Assembly: GCA_024137785.1 (NCBI GenBank)
Contig: JAHRHZ010000086.1
Coordinates: forward strand, 7,433,747-7,497,746
DNA from: Ginglymostoma cirratum
Taxonomy: Eukaryota
Length of the DNA: 64,000 bases
Direction of reading: 5' to 3'
Under the pieces are notes generated by a model that was not told the DNA's origin, did no database searches, and was given only the letters and a program-made list of their open reading frames with translations. This document shows, in pieces, positions 47,783 to 60,500 of this stretch; the first letter of the stretch is position 1, and the number at the start of each line of letters is the position of its first letter. The translations under genes and the position numbers were made by a program.

Positions 47783-48093
47783 GGGCTTCGGTGGCACAGA
47801 GGTCAAACTGTCTCTACACCTAAACCAGGTGACCCGGGTTCAAGTCCTCTCTGCTCCGGAGATGTACAACAATCTCGCTGATCACGAAAATATCCATAAA
47901 TCCGGGTGCTCCGGTTTCCTCCCACAGTCCAAAGATGTGCAGGCTAGATGAACTGGCCATGCTAAATTGCCTCATAGTGTTCAGGGATGTGTAAATTAGG
48001 TGGGTTATAGGGGGAATGAGTCTGGGTGGGATGCTGAGGTTCGGTGTGGACTTGTTGGGCCGAAGGGGCTGTTTCCACACTGTAGGGATTCTA
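47783..48093 (+). mobile_element. Short tRNA-derived SINE (47783-47900) fused to a truncated HE1/V-SINE (47901-48093)
   Basis: B-box-like GGTTCAAGTCC head, also seen near 5853 and 39340; 3' part nearly identical to 45658-45855. Confidence 0.7.
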
Positions 48094-48360
48094 TAAAAAA
48101 GTGAAGGGCAGAAAGTTAATATGATGCAGGGACTACATAATTGTTGCAGAGGAGTGAGTATCATCTCTTTGAATTAAATGATTTCAGTATTTATTAGCTT
48201 TAAAGAAAGGGTGTCGTTGAAAAGTCCACGTACTCCCAATTAGCATCAGCAGTTTTCCTTTCTCCCCCACAATATATACTAAGTGTTACTTCGTGACACT
48301 GGAGGCTGCTCGGGGTCTTGGATGCTGGAGGGTGGGAAGGCGCGGCCTAGCCCTTTAAAA

Positions 48361-48387
48361 GGGGGCGTGGCCTAAGAATCACACCAC
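48361..48387 (+). promoter_or_regulatory. LDLR promoter: Sp1/KLF GC box (48361-48371) and sterol regulatory element ATCACACCAC (48378-48387)
   Basis: One mismatch from mammalian SRE-1 ATCACCCCAC; about 100 nt upstream of the ATG in a CpG-rich island; TATA-like TTCAAATA at 48407-48414. Confidence 0.8.
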
Positions 48388-48486
48388 CGCCGGCTCGCGC
48401 CGTGTGTTCAAATACCCGGATAGGCGGGAGGGCTGCTTCATACTCGCTAAGTTGGAACCGGCACGTATCGAACAACTACCACTACC

Positions 48487-48553
48487 ATGGCGAAAGCGAT
48501 CGTTTTGCTCTTGTTGCCACTTACAGCCTGCTTGTTGGATGATACCGCTGCTG
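48487..48553 (+). CDS. LDLR: LDLR exon 1 (signal peptide [22 protein letters not shown])
   Basis: Kozak accATGG, hydrophobic leader, 67 coding nt, |gtgagt phase 1. Confidence 0.9.
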
Positions 48554-51500
48554 GTGAGTGGGTCAGTGTGTATATTAGAAAGTGAGGTAACAGGTACAAG
48601 CCGAGTGCTGTAAATGAATGGGGGACTGTTAACAGGATGAGGAATTGAGGTGTTTTTGGTGGGGAGGGATGGCGAGGGGAAAGGATGAGGAGGAGAGGAA
48701 ACTTGTTAGGTGTTATTTTCCTTATTACTCTCTCAGGTCCGTTCGTCCTCGATGGGGGTCCCGGCTGCGGTGTCTCCCCGATGGCCGTTAGGTTTTCCCC
48801 GCCCACCCGTGGCTCGTGCGGCGCCGGTGCCGGCTGTTGATTGGCTCCCTTTCGAACAGGAGATTCTAGGGCCACGCCCCCTCACCAATCGGAACACCGC
48901 GTTCCGGAGCTTTCGGGCGGCGCATTCTGGGATTTGCAGTCTTCCCTTCTTCCCTGACCTCTGTTTGCTCCCCCTGCGCTGGTATTCTAGTTGGAAAACC
49001 AGTACGCCTTTTTATCCCGCAGACAGATAGTGTTCCACCCCTTAAACTCCCCTACCAGCGGAACGTGTTGGGGAGGGGTGGGTGGCTAAAGTGAGCCCCT
49101 TGAAGGGTTTTTTTGTCTTTTAAATATAAGAATCCTGTTAATAAAAGCTTCTGATTGTCTGTCCTTCAGTGCGATTTTGGCCCTAAAATTTGGCCACTAC
49201 TTACAACGGGCCCTTGTTAACAGGATTGCTAGCTCCTTTTGAACTACATAAAAAGTGGTACATGGATCAAAGGATTTTTTTCTTGTTACATCCTGTCTGG
49301 TTAAAGGTCCCACCTCGTGTTTAGCTAATACAAGCTGTGAATTTTTCACATTTAATTTGCCGGCTGTAGAGTTGACTGGTTATTGCTTTCAATTCAAACC
49401 TCTTGAAGTTCCTGTTAACTGGTTTACAGAATGGCTATTCGGGTGGTGATTGGAGTATCGCTCATCTTGAGTTCTGTTTCCTTTCTTCATACAAGGAGTG
49501 AAAAGGCATATCTCTTGTTTGGAGTTGCTTTGCAAGCAGCACCATCTTGACTTGCTATCTAATGGTGCTCGTAAAATTTATTCAATTGGGAAGTACAGCT
49601 ATGAATGCCATAGTTTAGTTAATCATCCGAAGCTTTTTTTTTATTAGAATGGGTGGAGTGATGAACACAAAACACTTACTCCGGGTGGGACTAAGTGGTA
49701 TAAGTTAACCATATGACTAATAATTCCTTTTGGCTCTTAACTTGTGAACTATTTGCTGGGAGTCATGTACTTCCTCAACTATATGCAATATAACCATGAC
49801 CACTCCTTTTAAAACATGTTGATGACTTGTGCAAATAAGTGGCTTCTGATTGGCTCACCGAGCGTGGTTCGATCAGGCTGTCTTCTGTTGACTAAACTGC
49901 TGTTGATCAACACTAGCCCTTATTGCACTCAGTAATTTTCTGAGTATTTGCAAGTTGGCAACAGGAAAAAGGAAGCTCACTATGCCCATTCAACTGCTTA
50001 AAGTATCAAAACTTGTAAAGCAACTCTAAAGAGTAGTGTCTTTTCACACTTTGTATGAAGAAAGGAAACGGAACTTGAGATGTGATGCTCCAATGCCAAC
50101 ACAAATACCCATTTTTTTTAAACCATTTAACAGGAAAAATGAAGCTCACTATGCCCAGTTCAAAAACTAAGTACTCAACTCTAGGGCTATTGTAATTCCT
50201 CCTGCATAAAGCTTTTAAAATATTTGAGTGTTTCTTTTATAGTTTATAATGTGCATTTAAACATGCCTCAAGAAAGAAGCTAACATAATCAAAGACCCCT
50301 CCCACCCCAGTTATAATCTCTTCTGACCTCTTCCGTTGAGTGGAAGATGCAAAAGCTTAAAACGTATGCCAACAGATTCATGAACAGCTTCTTCCCTGCT
50401 GGTACTAGGTTTCTGAATGGACCCCTCAAATTTCAAATCTAATGTTGATCTTGCTTTTTATGCACCTTTTTTCCAGCCATAATGTTGTATTCTTTGCCCT
50501 AATGCACTTTGTATGGTATGTTCTGCCTGTACTGCACACAAATCAAAACTTTTCACTGTACTGAAGTACATGTGACAAGAACAGATCCATTCAAAAATCA
50601 AGCTGAGCAAAGGTCCAAGCTTGTGCAGCAGTATGACAGTCCTGTAGGGTGTGTGGTTACTCCTTTCTTGAAATGAATCCAGCATTGCTGTGTTTATTTC
50701 AAGATAGGAGCCTTCTTTTTTTTGTGGGATAAGCATCTTCTAATTTGGTAGAAATGAATGTTTGTTGCGGCATCCGCTTATTTTTTTAGTGGAGCCACTT
50801 TTTGTAGTGCAGTTCTCGTCTGTGGAAAAGGAGAGGGTGCCAAAAGTCCTATGAAAATAAGTAGTGGAAGAGATACTGCTAAATTCTAATTTGAGTAAGA
50901 TTGAGATAATGCTAGGCAGTTGGTTCTTTGAGTGTTCATATTAAGTGTTTTGAATGTCTCAAAATAAAATCATAGAGATGTACAGCACAGAAACAGACCA
51001 CTTGGTCCAATTTGTTCTTGACAATCAGATATCCTAAAGTAATCTAGTCCCATTTGGCCCATATCCCCCTCAACCCTTCCTATTCGTGGACCCATCCACA
51101 TGCCTTTCAAATGTTGTAATTGTACCAGCTCCCTTTGCCACCTCTGGCAGTTCATATATGCACCACCGTCCGAAAAAGTTACCCCTTGCGTCTCTTTTAA
51201 ATCTTGCCCACCCCCGGCCCCCTTCCCCATCACTTAAACCTATGCCGTCTAGTTTTGGACTCTCCTTACCCTGGAAAAGTTGATGGCTATCCAACCTATC
51301 CATTCACCTTCATAATGTTATAAACCTGTATAACTTCTGATGTTCCAGGGAACATAGTCCCAGCCTATTCAGCCTGTCCATATAGCTCAAACAATTATAC
51401 CCCCAGCAACATCCTTGTAAATCTTTTTCTGCACCCCTTTCAGGTTTAACAGCATTTTTTCCCCCATAGTAGGGAGACCAGAATTAAAATGCAGTATGCT

Positions 51501-54500
51501 AAATCAACCATTAATGCTGTTATTTTCTGATCCCACTGCTATCTTTCATCTCAAGTTGGTTCATTTGTTACTTAATTTTCCCCAGTTTATAGGTACGCAA
51601 GTAAGGTTAACTGTTGCTCTGCTGACTGAAACTTAAAAGTTTGTTTGGAGTTCCATACTATTAAATGTGTTATTGATTCTGAGAAAATTATGGTATGCGG
51701 GGTGGGGGTGGAGTTAATTGTATACATTGTGTTGGGCAGAGGCACACCGTAGCCAAATTTTTCATGGTAACTTATGCATTATTTTTACACATGTGAAGTA
51801 TGTGATACTGCGGTTTGCAGCAGTAACTAAACTGTCTCCTAGCTAAAATCATGTAGCTAGCCAAGATGCAAAACCTGTGTAATAGGGTGAGATGTCTTGC
51901 TTACCAGCATAACTTTAATGGGTGTATTCTCCAATTACCTTTTGTGCTTTTTAATCATGTAGCTTGTCCTCTTAAAAATGCAGTATAATAGATTTTATGA
52001 TAAATTTTATTTTAAATGTCTTTTACTTGTTGCCCTGCATAGCTTGTCCTGGCTGAGATAGTAGTGTATAGAACTGACTGTCAATAGACACAAGGCTATT
52101 CAGCTCAACCAATACGCTTTGTGGTGCACTAATAGTTCATTCTCATCTCCTATCAAACTCTTTTTATTGTGCCCCCTCCTCATCATTCTTCTTTCCGATT
52201 ATCTTTTTTTTTCTACATTTTTAATCATCTATGCTCCTTTTTTCACCAGAACTGAAGTTTCTATCTACTTTGTCCTATTCCTTACTTTTTAGGTAACTTG
52301 TATGATTTCCTATTTTAACAATATGCCATGCATGTTTTTCTTCCATTCTCAGGCTGTTTGTTTATTGGGGTGAGCAGCTAAGCATTATAGGACAATCAGG
52401 AGACTTTCAAGTTCATACCTGATCTTTGCAATCTCCGATATTACAGGATTTTTACTGATAACTTGGGTGACTAGCATCCATGCCCTTGGACAGATGGTGC
52501 ATATCTACCAAGGTTCTCTGGTCACTAATTCAAGTGATAGGGAATGATTATCTTGTGGCTGCTAGGAGGCTTGCTATTGTTCTGTCTAGTTAGTATGTTT
52601 TTGGACAGGGGCAGGGGGTGCTGTGGTGTATAATTACATCTGTGCTTGCAATAACAACCAATAGTGCTGTTTCAGAGGATATCCAGTTCAAGTGTCAGCA
52701 CTGTGGGTGGCAGTGACTCAAGGAATGGAATTGGTCTAGAATGTGGCCACAGCATTCTGAACTGAAACAATCAACCAGTTCTAAAAAGGGGGGAAATTTT
52801 TAGATTCACGTTGACTTTTTTGATCTGGTACTTTCCTGCACTTAATTGCTTATCTGATTCAACATAGGAACTACTGATGACAAGCCAGTGGTTGTGCTTA
52901 CTTGAATTCTGATTCAGAAGTTGGTTGAGAAATCTGTTGCATAGTGTCGTTTAGCATATTTACTAAAGATGCTGACCAGTTTTATGCTAGGAGGAAAAAG
53001 TGCTGTGAAATCTGTCTAATTTACACTGCAGCAAGAAATGTAGGACTTTTGTCCCCTTTAATCTTTATAACTTATAAGGTTTTTATTCCTTTGTCATTTG
53101 GTTAAGATCTTGTGTTTTATGCTCCAAATATGCAACCAACTAATACAAGCTTCCCGTATTAGTACTAACTTGACGGTGTTGGTCAATGGGGACAAACCAG
53201 ACATCAGATTGAGAGCAGAACGACTGACTGGCTGACTATGTAAATTCACCATTAATGGGTGAAGCATAACAGACACATACTGTTTTGCTAAAGCATCAGG
53301 TTATGCACTGATTTTTGTGTGTTTGAAGAGAAGTGCTTTGTTTTCAGTGTTTTCTTTCTTTGCTTTCCTCATCTCTTGGGGCCCCCCCCCCCCCCCCAAG
53401 TGGTTCAACCTAACCAATTTACCTAGTGCTTTATACCCTGTGAGCTGGCTGGCGAATTGTCTGTGCGCTGTGAATATTGCTGAGCACTAACTTGTTTGAA
53501 TGTTCTATTTTAATTTCTGTACTCACTTCCTAATGAGTGGCGGTGGGTGGGGTCATGACGTTTGTCATTTTTGAAGTGTGCTGTGATCTGCAAGCCAATC
53601 CCTGCTTGAGAGCCTGTCAGCCCACTTTCAGCAGCAAATGGTGATGTGTGCACCACAGCTGAGTACTCTCCTGGTGAGTCAGTGCAAGTAAAAGTTTCTG
53701 TTCTAGAAACAAATAACTAAGCTGAAATTTTTGCCTGAGCAAAACTTCCTGCAGGGAGGAATGTGGTAGAGGCCAGGCTGGGGATTCTTCAGTAAATGTC
53801 TTTCTACTTGATGGGAAGTTAGCTTGAATTTCCTCCATGTGAATTTCTTTTGTCCTGAAGTTATGTCAAGCTGTCCAACCAAAAGCAGGTTTCAGTGACT
53901 TTTTTTTGAGAAGCTAGATCTAGAAAAAATAACTTGGTTTAAAGTGACACTAATCCAAATTGTTTAAGCACATCTTGTAAGAGATGAAGTGAAGAGAAGT
54001 TTTCTGAATGGGCTTTTTTTTAATGAATGGGTTTGATACATTTTATTCAGAAAGGGTTGTTCTAGTGCAGTCTTTAAACTTTAAAGGCGACATGACAACT
54101 GGCCTGAAACTGCAGCTGCGACATCGTGCTGTAAAACTTGAGGTAGAGATGCTGACTGGCTGCTGTTGCACTGAGTACTTTCCTCCATGGTGAACCTGAT
54201 CTATATGGCCAGTGTTCACGTGATCTCTTCAAATTTTGCGTCCAACGTCTCAACCTTTTCTTCCCATTCTACTATTTTCACTCCAACCCACGGATCCATT
54301 TGCGAGCCAAGATATTTTTTGGTCTCACCTGGGGAAAATATATTGGATTTCACCTCCACCAAACTACCATTGTTTTAAATGGTTACATACAAATGTCTTA
54401 TTGACGTGCAAAAAGTGAAAACCCCTGGTTTTTCTGATGTTTATTTTCAAACTAGATTTAGTACAAAAACGTTGCACAATTTTCAGATTCTTGACATCTC

Positions 54501-57500
54501 GAGATGAAATTCCAACAGGAATTGCCATTGTTCTAACTTAATTTTGTTTTCTTTTCCCCTTTCAGTGCACCACTTCAGGGTGACTATTTTTCTTTCTTGT
54601 TCTTCCAGTGACTGGACTTTGTGATAAGGATCACTTCCAGTGTGGTGATGGAAAATGTATTCGCGTACACTGGCTGTGTGATGGGCAGTCTGAATGTGAT
54701 GATGGTTCAGATGAGTCACTGGAGACGTGTAGTAAGTGTAAATTTATTTATTTGGTGCACAGTTCACTGGAAGTGGGATCTACTCTTTACTGTTTGAGCG
54801 CTCTCGCTCACAAAGGGAATGATGAGGGTGAATGTACGCTTCAGATTCTTTTCAGATTAAAGTATTTTTATATAATCTGGCTGTTTTAAGGATTTTTGTA
54901 CACTTTTCTGATTCAGAATCTTTAACCTTTTAATCTTTCAGAGAATAAGACCTGCAGCGCGCTCGAGTTCAGTTGTGGCGGCCGTGTTAACAAGTGTATC
55001 CCCACATCCTGGCGCTGCGACTCCCAAAAGGACTGTGAAAATGGCTCGGATGAAGAGAACTGCCGTAAGTAAACCTGACTCTCCTATGCTCACTCAAATT
55101 TGCAGGAGGCTTTTCTAATGTTCTTGAACAGAAACAGTATCTTGACTGTCTTCTTTTTTTAAAACCCATTAGCTGCACATGTCTGCAAAGATCATGAGTT
55201 CCAATGCCGTGATGGGAATTGCATCTCTTCGAAGTTTGTCTGTGATGAAGACAGGGACTGTGCTGATGGCAGTGACGAGGAGGCATGTCCAGAGCGGACC
55301 TGTGGACCTCACTTGTTCCAGTGTGTCAAGAGCAAGCTTTGTATCCCAAAGCTGTGGGCCTGCGATGACGATCCAGATTGCCCTGATGGGTCAGATGAGT
55401 GGCCACAGAACTGTGGACAGTCCTCTACCTTTGCACCACCTAATCCCTGCTCTGCCCTGGAATTCCATTGTGGCAGTGGAGAGTGCATCCACATGAAATG
55501 GCGCTGTGATGGTGGTGTAGACTGTCGTGATCAATCTGATGAATCGGGCTGTGGTAAGTGCAATTATTATGTCCTCGGGGCCAACTTTCAGCACCACTGT
55601 ATCTGAAAATAAACTTCCCACATGAATCTTCATATTCAAACAGTTCTCGGCTTGTCCTCAATGTGCAGTTTGTCTGAGGACTGTGGTGATCAGGACTACT
55701 GAGTTTATTTGTTTGTTTTGGTTAAATTTTATCTGTCACACTTAAGTACTTCTGAATGCTTTAAAAATGGAGTTTTTGTTTTTGGATGTAGATAAGAAAC
55801 TTGAGGCTTTTTAAATATTTTTTTAGCTGTGACGACTTGTCGACCAGATGAATTTCAGTGCGATGATGGGACTTGTATTCATGGAAGCCTCCAGTGCAAT
55901 AAGGAGTTCAACTGCCATGATCAGAGCGACGAAGTTGGCTGTGTAAATAGTGAGTTTATCCTTCCTTTTCTTGTTGACTGACTGTTTTGTAATACTTGCC
56001 TATTAAGTTATTGACTGGGACCTCTGGATTCTTGTAGGCCTAGCTACTGTTAAAATGAGCTGAAAAAAATTCTCTACTTAACCCCCAAAAAAATTTGTAG
56101 GAAAGTGCAACGTCAACTACATTGGTTAACTTTAATTTTATCTGGGCATTTGTGCCTCTCCTTCCAATACAATCCTTTTTTTCCCCACTTTTTAAGCTAG
56201 GTGTCTATAGCTAGTGTCATGATTTTGTGGTTGTTTTGTGAAGAATGTTGAATCCATACTAGATCTACTTTCATGTACGTCTTGCCTTTCTGCTTTTTAT
56301 GTTTGCTCTCTACAAAACTGGGTCACTTTTGTGGTAGCTGGCTTACTTTACTAAGCTTCCCACTATCTTGAGTGCAAAACCTCTTGTCTGGTAACTGTAA
56401 TACAGTGTCAACATTGTGACTGGTAAGGCAGAAGACAGTTTTTGGTTCTTTCTCCTTAAGAACAGAAGCACTTGTGTTTTTTTTTTTTTTCCTTTTCCCC
56501 CACCCCAGTCTGATGTTGGGACTGCTTATGTCCCTAGCGCTCCTTTTCTGTTCCCATGAGCTGAAGTAACACAGGCTGGAGAAGGAGCCAAGATCTCTTA
56601 AGTGCTAAAAGCAGCAGGGCTACCCTCTGGCCTAAACAGAAGGAGATAATTTTTGGCACTTTGTTAGCACACTTACAAATATCTGTTACCTGCTGATGAA
56701 TGAATGTTAGGGGAAACATGACCAGTTTGTTCACTAACAAGCTTTTTTTTTGCCTCTCAGTGACCAAGTGTGAGAGTCCACACAAGTTCAAGTGCACAAG
56801 TGGTGAATGTATAATGATGGATAAAGTTTGTGACGATCAGCGGGACTGCAGAGACTGGTCAGATGAGCCCTTGAAGGAGTGTGGTATGTCAAATACCTTT
56901 TTGTCTTGTGGTTTAAGCTCCTGTTAGGTAATCTTTTTATAAGTAGAGTTTTTGTTTCTCTAAATTATCGAGTGAAGTGTTGGGATCACAAGTGCAGGCA
57001 AAATCTGTGGCTTTCAGAGGATTTTGGATTGGAGAAAGTGAAACTTTTTTGTAGGTGCTTGACATGGGGTCAGAGTTATGACTGAAGTATTCATTCACTG
57101 AAGACTATAGAAGCTAGGTATAGGGTGAATGAGCTGAAGAGAATTTAAGTGAGTTGAATTTTTTTTTTTCTATTTGAGTGGAGAGGAGGTAGCACAACTG
57201 AAGTAAGACTGGAGGCAATTGTGGAGTATGCGGATCAGATGAAGAGTCAGTTACTATATTGTAATCAGATGATGGTTAGTGAATTAAGTCCAGTCTAATG
57301 GCTTTGATTCCATTGTGGTGTTCTGTTTATAGGTGAAAATGAATGTCTGAATGAAAATGGTGGCTGCTCTCACATCTGCAAAGATCTGAAGATTGGCTAC
57401 AAGTGTCTCTGTCGTCCTGGCTTCAGATTGATTGATAATGCAAAGTGTGAAGGTATGAATAAACTATCTCTTCCTATCCAATATCTGTTGTCACTAGGTT

Positions 57501-60500
57501 GTGCTGTACTGAAGAGCTTTTGGTGTAAGATTGATTTGTATTTTTTTTTTTCCCCCCTCTGGTATCTTCTGGCTTTCAGATATCAATGAATGTGAGAATC
57601 CAGACACATGCAGCCAAAACTGTATCAACCTGGAAGGAGGATTTAAGTGTGAGTGTAAGAAAGACTATCATATGGACCCAGTGACCAGGCAATGCAAAGC
57701 TATTGGTAAGAACTACTTTTAGAATCTCCATGGAGTTATTTTAAGTTCTAGCACTCTGGATCAAACACTTGCTCATTTGGATGAAATCAAGGTCAATCAA
57801 ATACCTTCTGAGTGCCCTGGTTTGTCAGCAGCCATTTGGTTATCGGCTTCACATGAGCCATTTGCCCTGCTCTCCTTGACTGTACACTTTCTTTCCCCTC
57901 CCCCACCCCCACCCCCCAAACCAGGCACTAAAACATTAGCGGTTTTGTTTTCTCCCTACCAGCATTCAAGGTAAAAATTGGCAGAGTTCATCCCAGGTAA
58001 TGCAAAAACATGTTAGAACATTTTATGTAGACTGGCAACAAGTTAAAGCTGCAGGGTCAGTCATTACTGCCTGTAAATGTGTATGTGTAACTCTGGTCAA
58101 TAACCTGGAATCCTATTCATTTTTCTAAACTAGGATTAACTTACAAAATGGTTAGTTAACTAATTGAGTCTTGAACTTTTTTAAATTCATTTTGTTGCTC
58201 CTTGTTTGTTTTTTTGGTTTCTTAGGTACAGTAGCCTACTTGTTTTTCACCAATCGGCACGAGGTCAGAAAGCTTACCCTTGATCGGAGTGAATATACAC
58301 AATTGATCCCCAGGCTGAAGAACGTAGTGGCACTGGACATGGAGGTGGTTGCAAACAAGATCTACTGGGCTGACCTGTCTCAGAAAAAAATTTTCAGGTG
58401 AGTTGCTGCAGAAGCTTGGGATGGGAAGGGAGTTGGGGGGTGGGGGAAAGAGGATACTTTAACCCTGAACAATTATCTGTACTTCTTGTCGTGTGTTACA
58501 TTAATGTTCTGGAGACCCTTTTCTTCCACTTGTGCCATGGAATACAGATGTTGCGATGGCTCAGTGATTAGCACTGCTACCTCAACACCGGGGACCTGGG
58601 GTTCAATTCCACCTTCTGGCAACTGTCTGTGGAGTATGCATGTTCTCCCTGTATCTGTGTGGGTTTCCTCCAGGTGCTCAGGCTTCCTCCCACGATCCAA
58701 AGTTATATAGGTTAGGTGGATTGGCCATGCTGGATTGCCCATAGTGTCCAGGGGTGTGCATGCTAGGCAGGTTGGCCATGGGAAATGCAGGGATACTGGG
58801 TGGGATGCTCTTCAGAGAGTCGGTGTGGACCTGATGGGCTCTATGGCCTGCTTCCAGACTGTAGGGATTCTATGAAGTCCTTGACTCAGGCTTGTATATG
58901 AATGCTATAGTGAATTTGTCTCCTTGCTTAAACAGCACAGGTATCAAGATTTCAATTTAATCCCTCATCTCCAGTAATTTAATGTGCTTTTGTTTTCCTG
59001 CCTTCACAGTGCCCACATGGATAAAGCTGAGAACTCTTCCCATCATTCCATTGTTATTGAGACTGAAATCCAGGCACCAGATGGCTTGGCTGTGGACTGG
59101 ATTCACCAGAATATCTACTGGACAGACTTTTTATCAAGCACCATCTCTGTAGCTAACACAGCTGGAACAAAGAGGAAGGTCCTAATCAAAGAACAACTTT
59201 CAAAGCCCAGGGCTATTGCAGTGGATCCAGTTCATGGGTAAGAAAATCTTAACACCACTAGAGAAGCTAAGTGAGATTAGAGGCATCTAAATAAACTGAA
59301 GATGGAAGCCTTCAGTTTTGGTTGGACTACAGTTTGATGCAGTAACTCTTTTATGGATTTGAGGCTAGCTAGTTAATTCTGTGTATTACTTTCCATTACA
59401 GACATGCTAGAAATTGGATCACTTTCTATCTTTGAGAACCCAAATAAATTGATCTCATTTCTTTCTATATCAACGCATCTTTTCAAGATGGTTTACTTAC
59501 TGACTTTCCTCCTCTCCCACCAGCTTCCTATATTGGAGTGACTGGGGCTCCCCTGCTAAGATTGAAAAAGGAGGTTTGAATGGAGTGGACCGTATGCAAC
59601 TGGTCACTGCAGGAATTGAATGGCCAAATGGAATCACCCTGGGTGAGTACAGACCTTGGGAGTTTTGATTGTATTTTTTTCCATCTTCCAATGTGCTATC
59701 AATCTAACAACTGTTTGGGAGATATGGGAACTGTAGTGGCAGATCAGATCTTTCTTTCTTTTTTTCCTTTGCCAAATCTCAAGCACTATGTGGTTCTGCA
59801 GTTGAAGCCTGCAATACTTGCTGTGATTCTTGCACTAACCAGTAATTGGAGATGTGTGAAAATATTACCTTATTTGGACTGGTCATGATTTGTGCTCTGC
59901 TTCTTTCAGACTTGGTGAATCAGCGGCTGTACTGGGTGGACTCCAAGTTGCATACTTTGTCTAGTATTGGTGTTGCTGGAGATAACAGGAAAACTTTGAT
60001 CATCTCTCCAGAGAAATTGACTCATCCCTTCTCTGTAGCATTGTTTGAGGTGAGTAGCTGATGTGCAGAACTGGGAGTGGTCCTTTGAAATTCCATATCT
60101 TGAGGATCTGAATTGCATTTCACATTGTGGGCTGTAGGAAAGGTGTTTGGGAGAGTAACTAACAAAAAGGTATAGAGCAGTGTGGTAATTTATAGTTCCT
60201 GCACTAATCAGTCAACATAAATTTAAATTCACTGCAATAGAGAAAATTAAATTGCATTTTTTAGTTATTATAAAATCTAAACTAGTGTGGCCTTTGTCCT
60301 TGTCCTCTTCCCTCATTGATGTTATGACTCCAGCCCCTGCTGGTTGGCTCGCTTGCGCTGTTCCCTACTGAGCTATTCTGTGTGCTCAAAGTTTCGACCC
60401 TGTTGTCTCAGCTGAGTAATATGGTGAACATCATATCCTTCTAGATGTAGCATGGGGTTTATGGGCTAAATGGATGTGTTTTGACACAGAAGCCGTACTG

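Larger units (their letters stand above)
48310..49070. promoter_or_regulatory. CpG-rich island spanning the LDLR promoter, exon 1 and start of intron 1
   Basis: Visibly high GC and CpG content against a CpG-depleted background. Confidence 0.75.

Noticed and set aside
48606-48617. TGCTGTAAATGA, resembling a 12-mer in the human LDLR core promoter
   Set aside because: It lies in intron 1, not at the homologous position; probably coincidence.
48447-49030. ORFs of 142 aa (-) and 106 aa (+) at the LDLR 5' end
   Set aside because: GC-rich island with few stop codons; no recognisable protein features.
58550-58620. tRNA-like A/B boxes here and near 47783 and 26160
   Set aside because: These are SINE heads and do not form complete cloverleafs.
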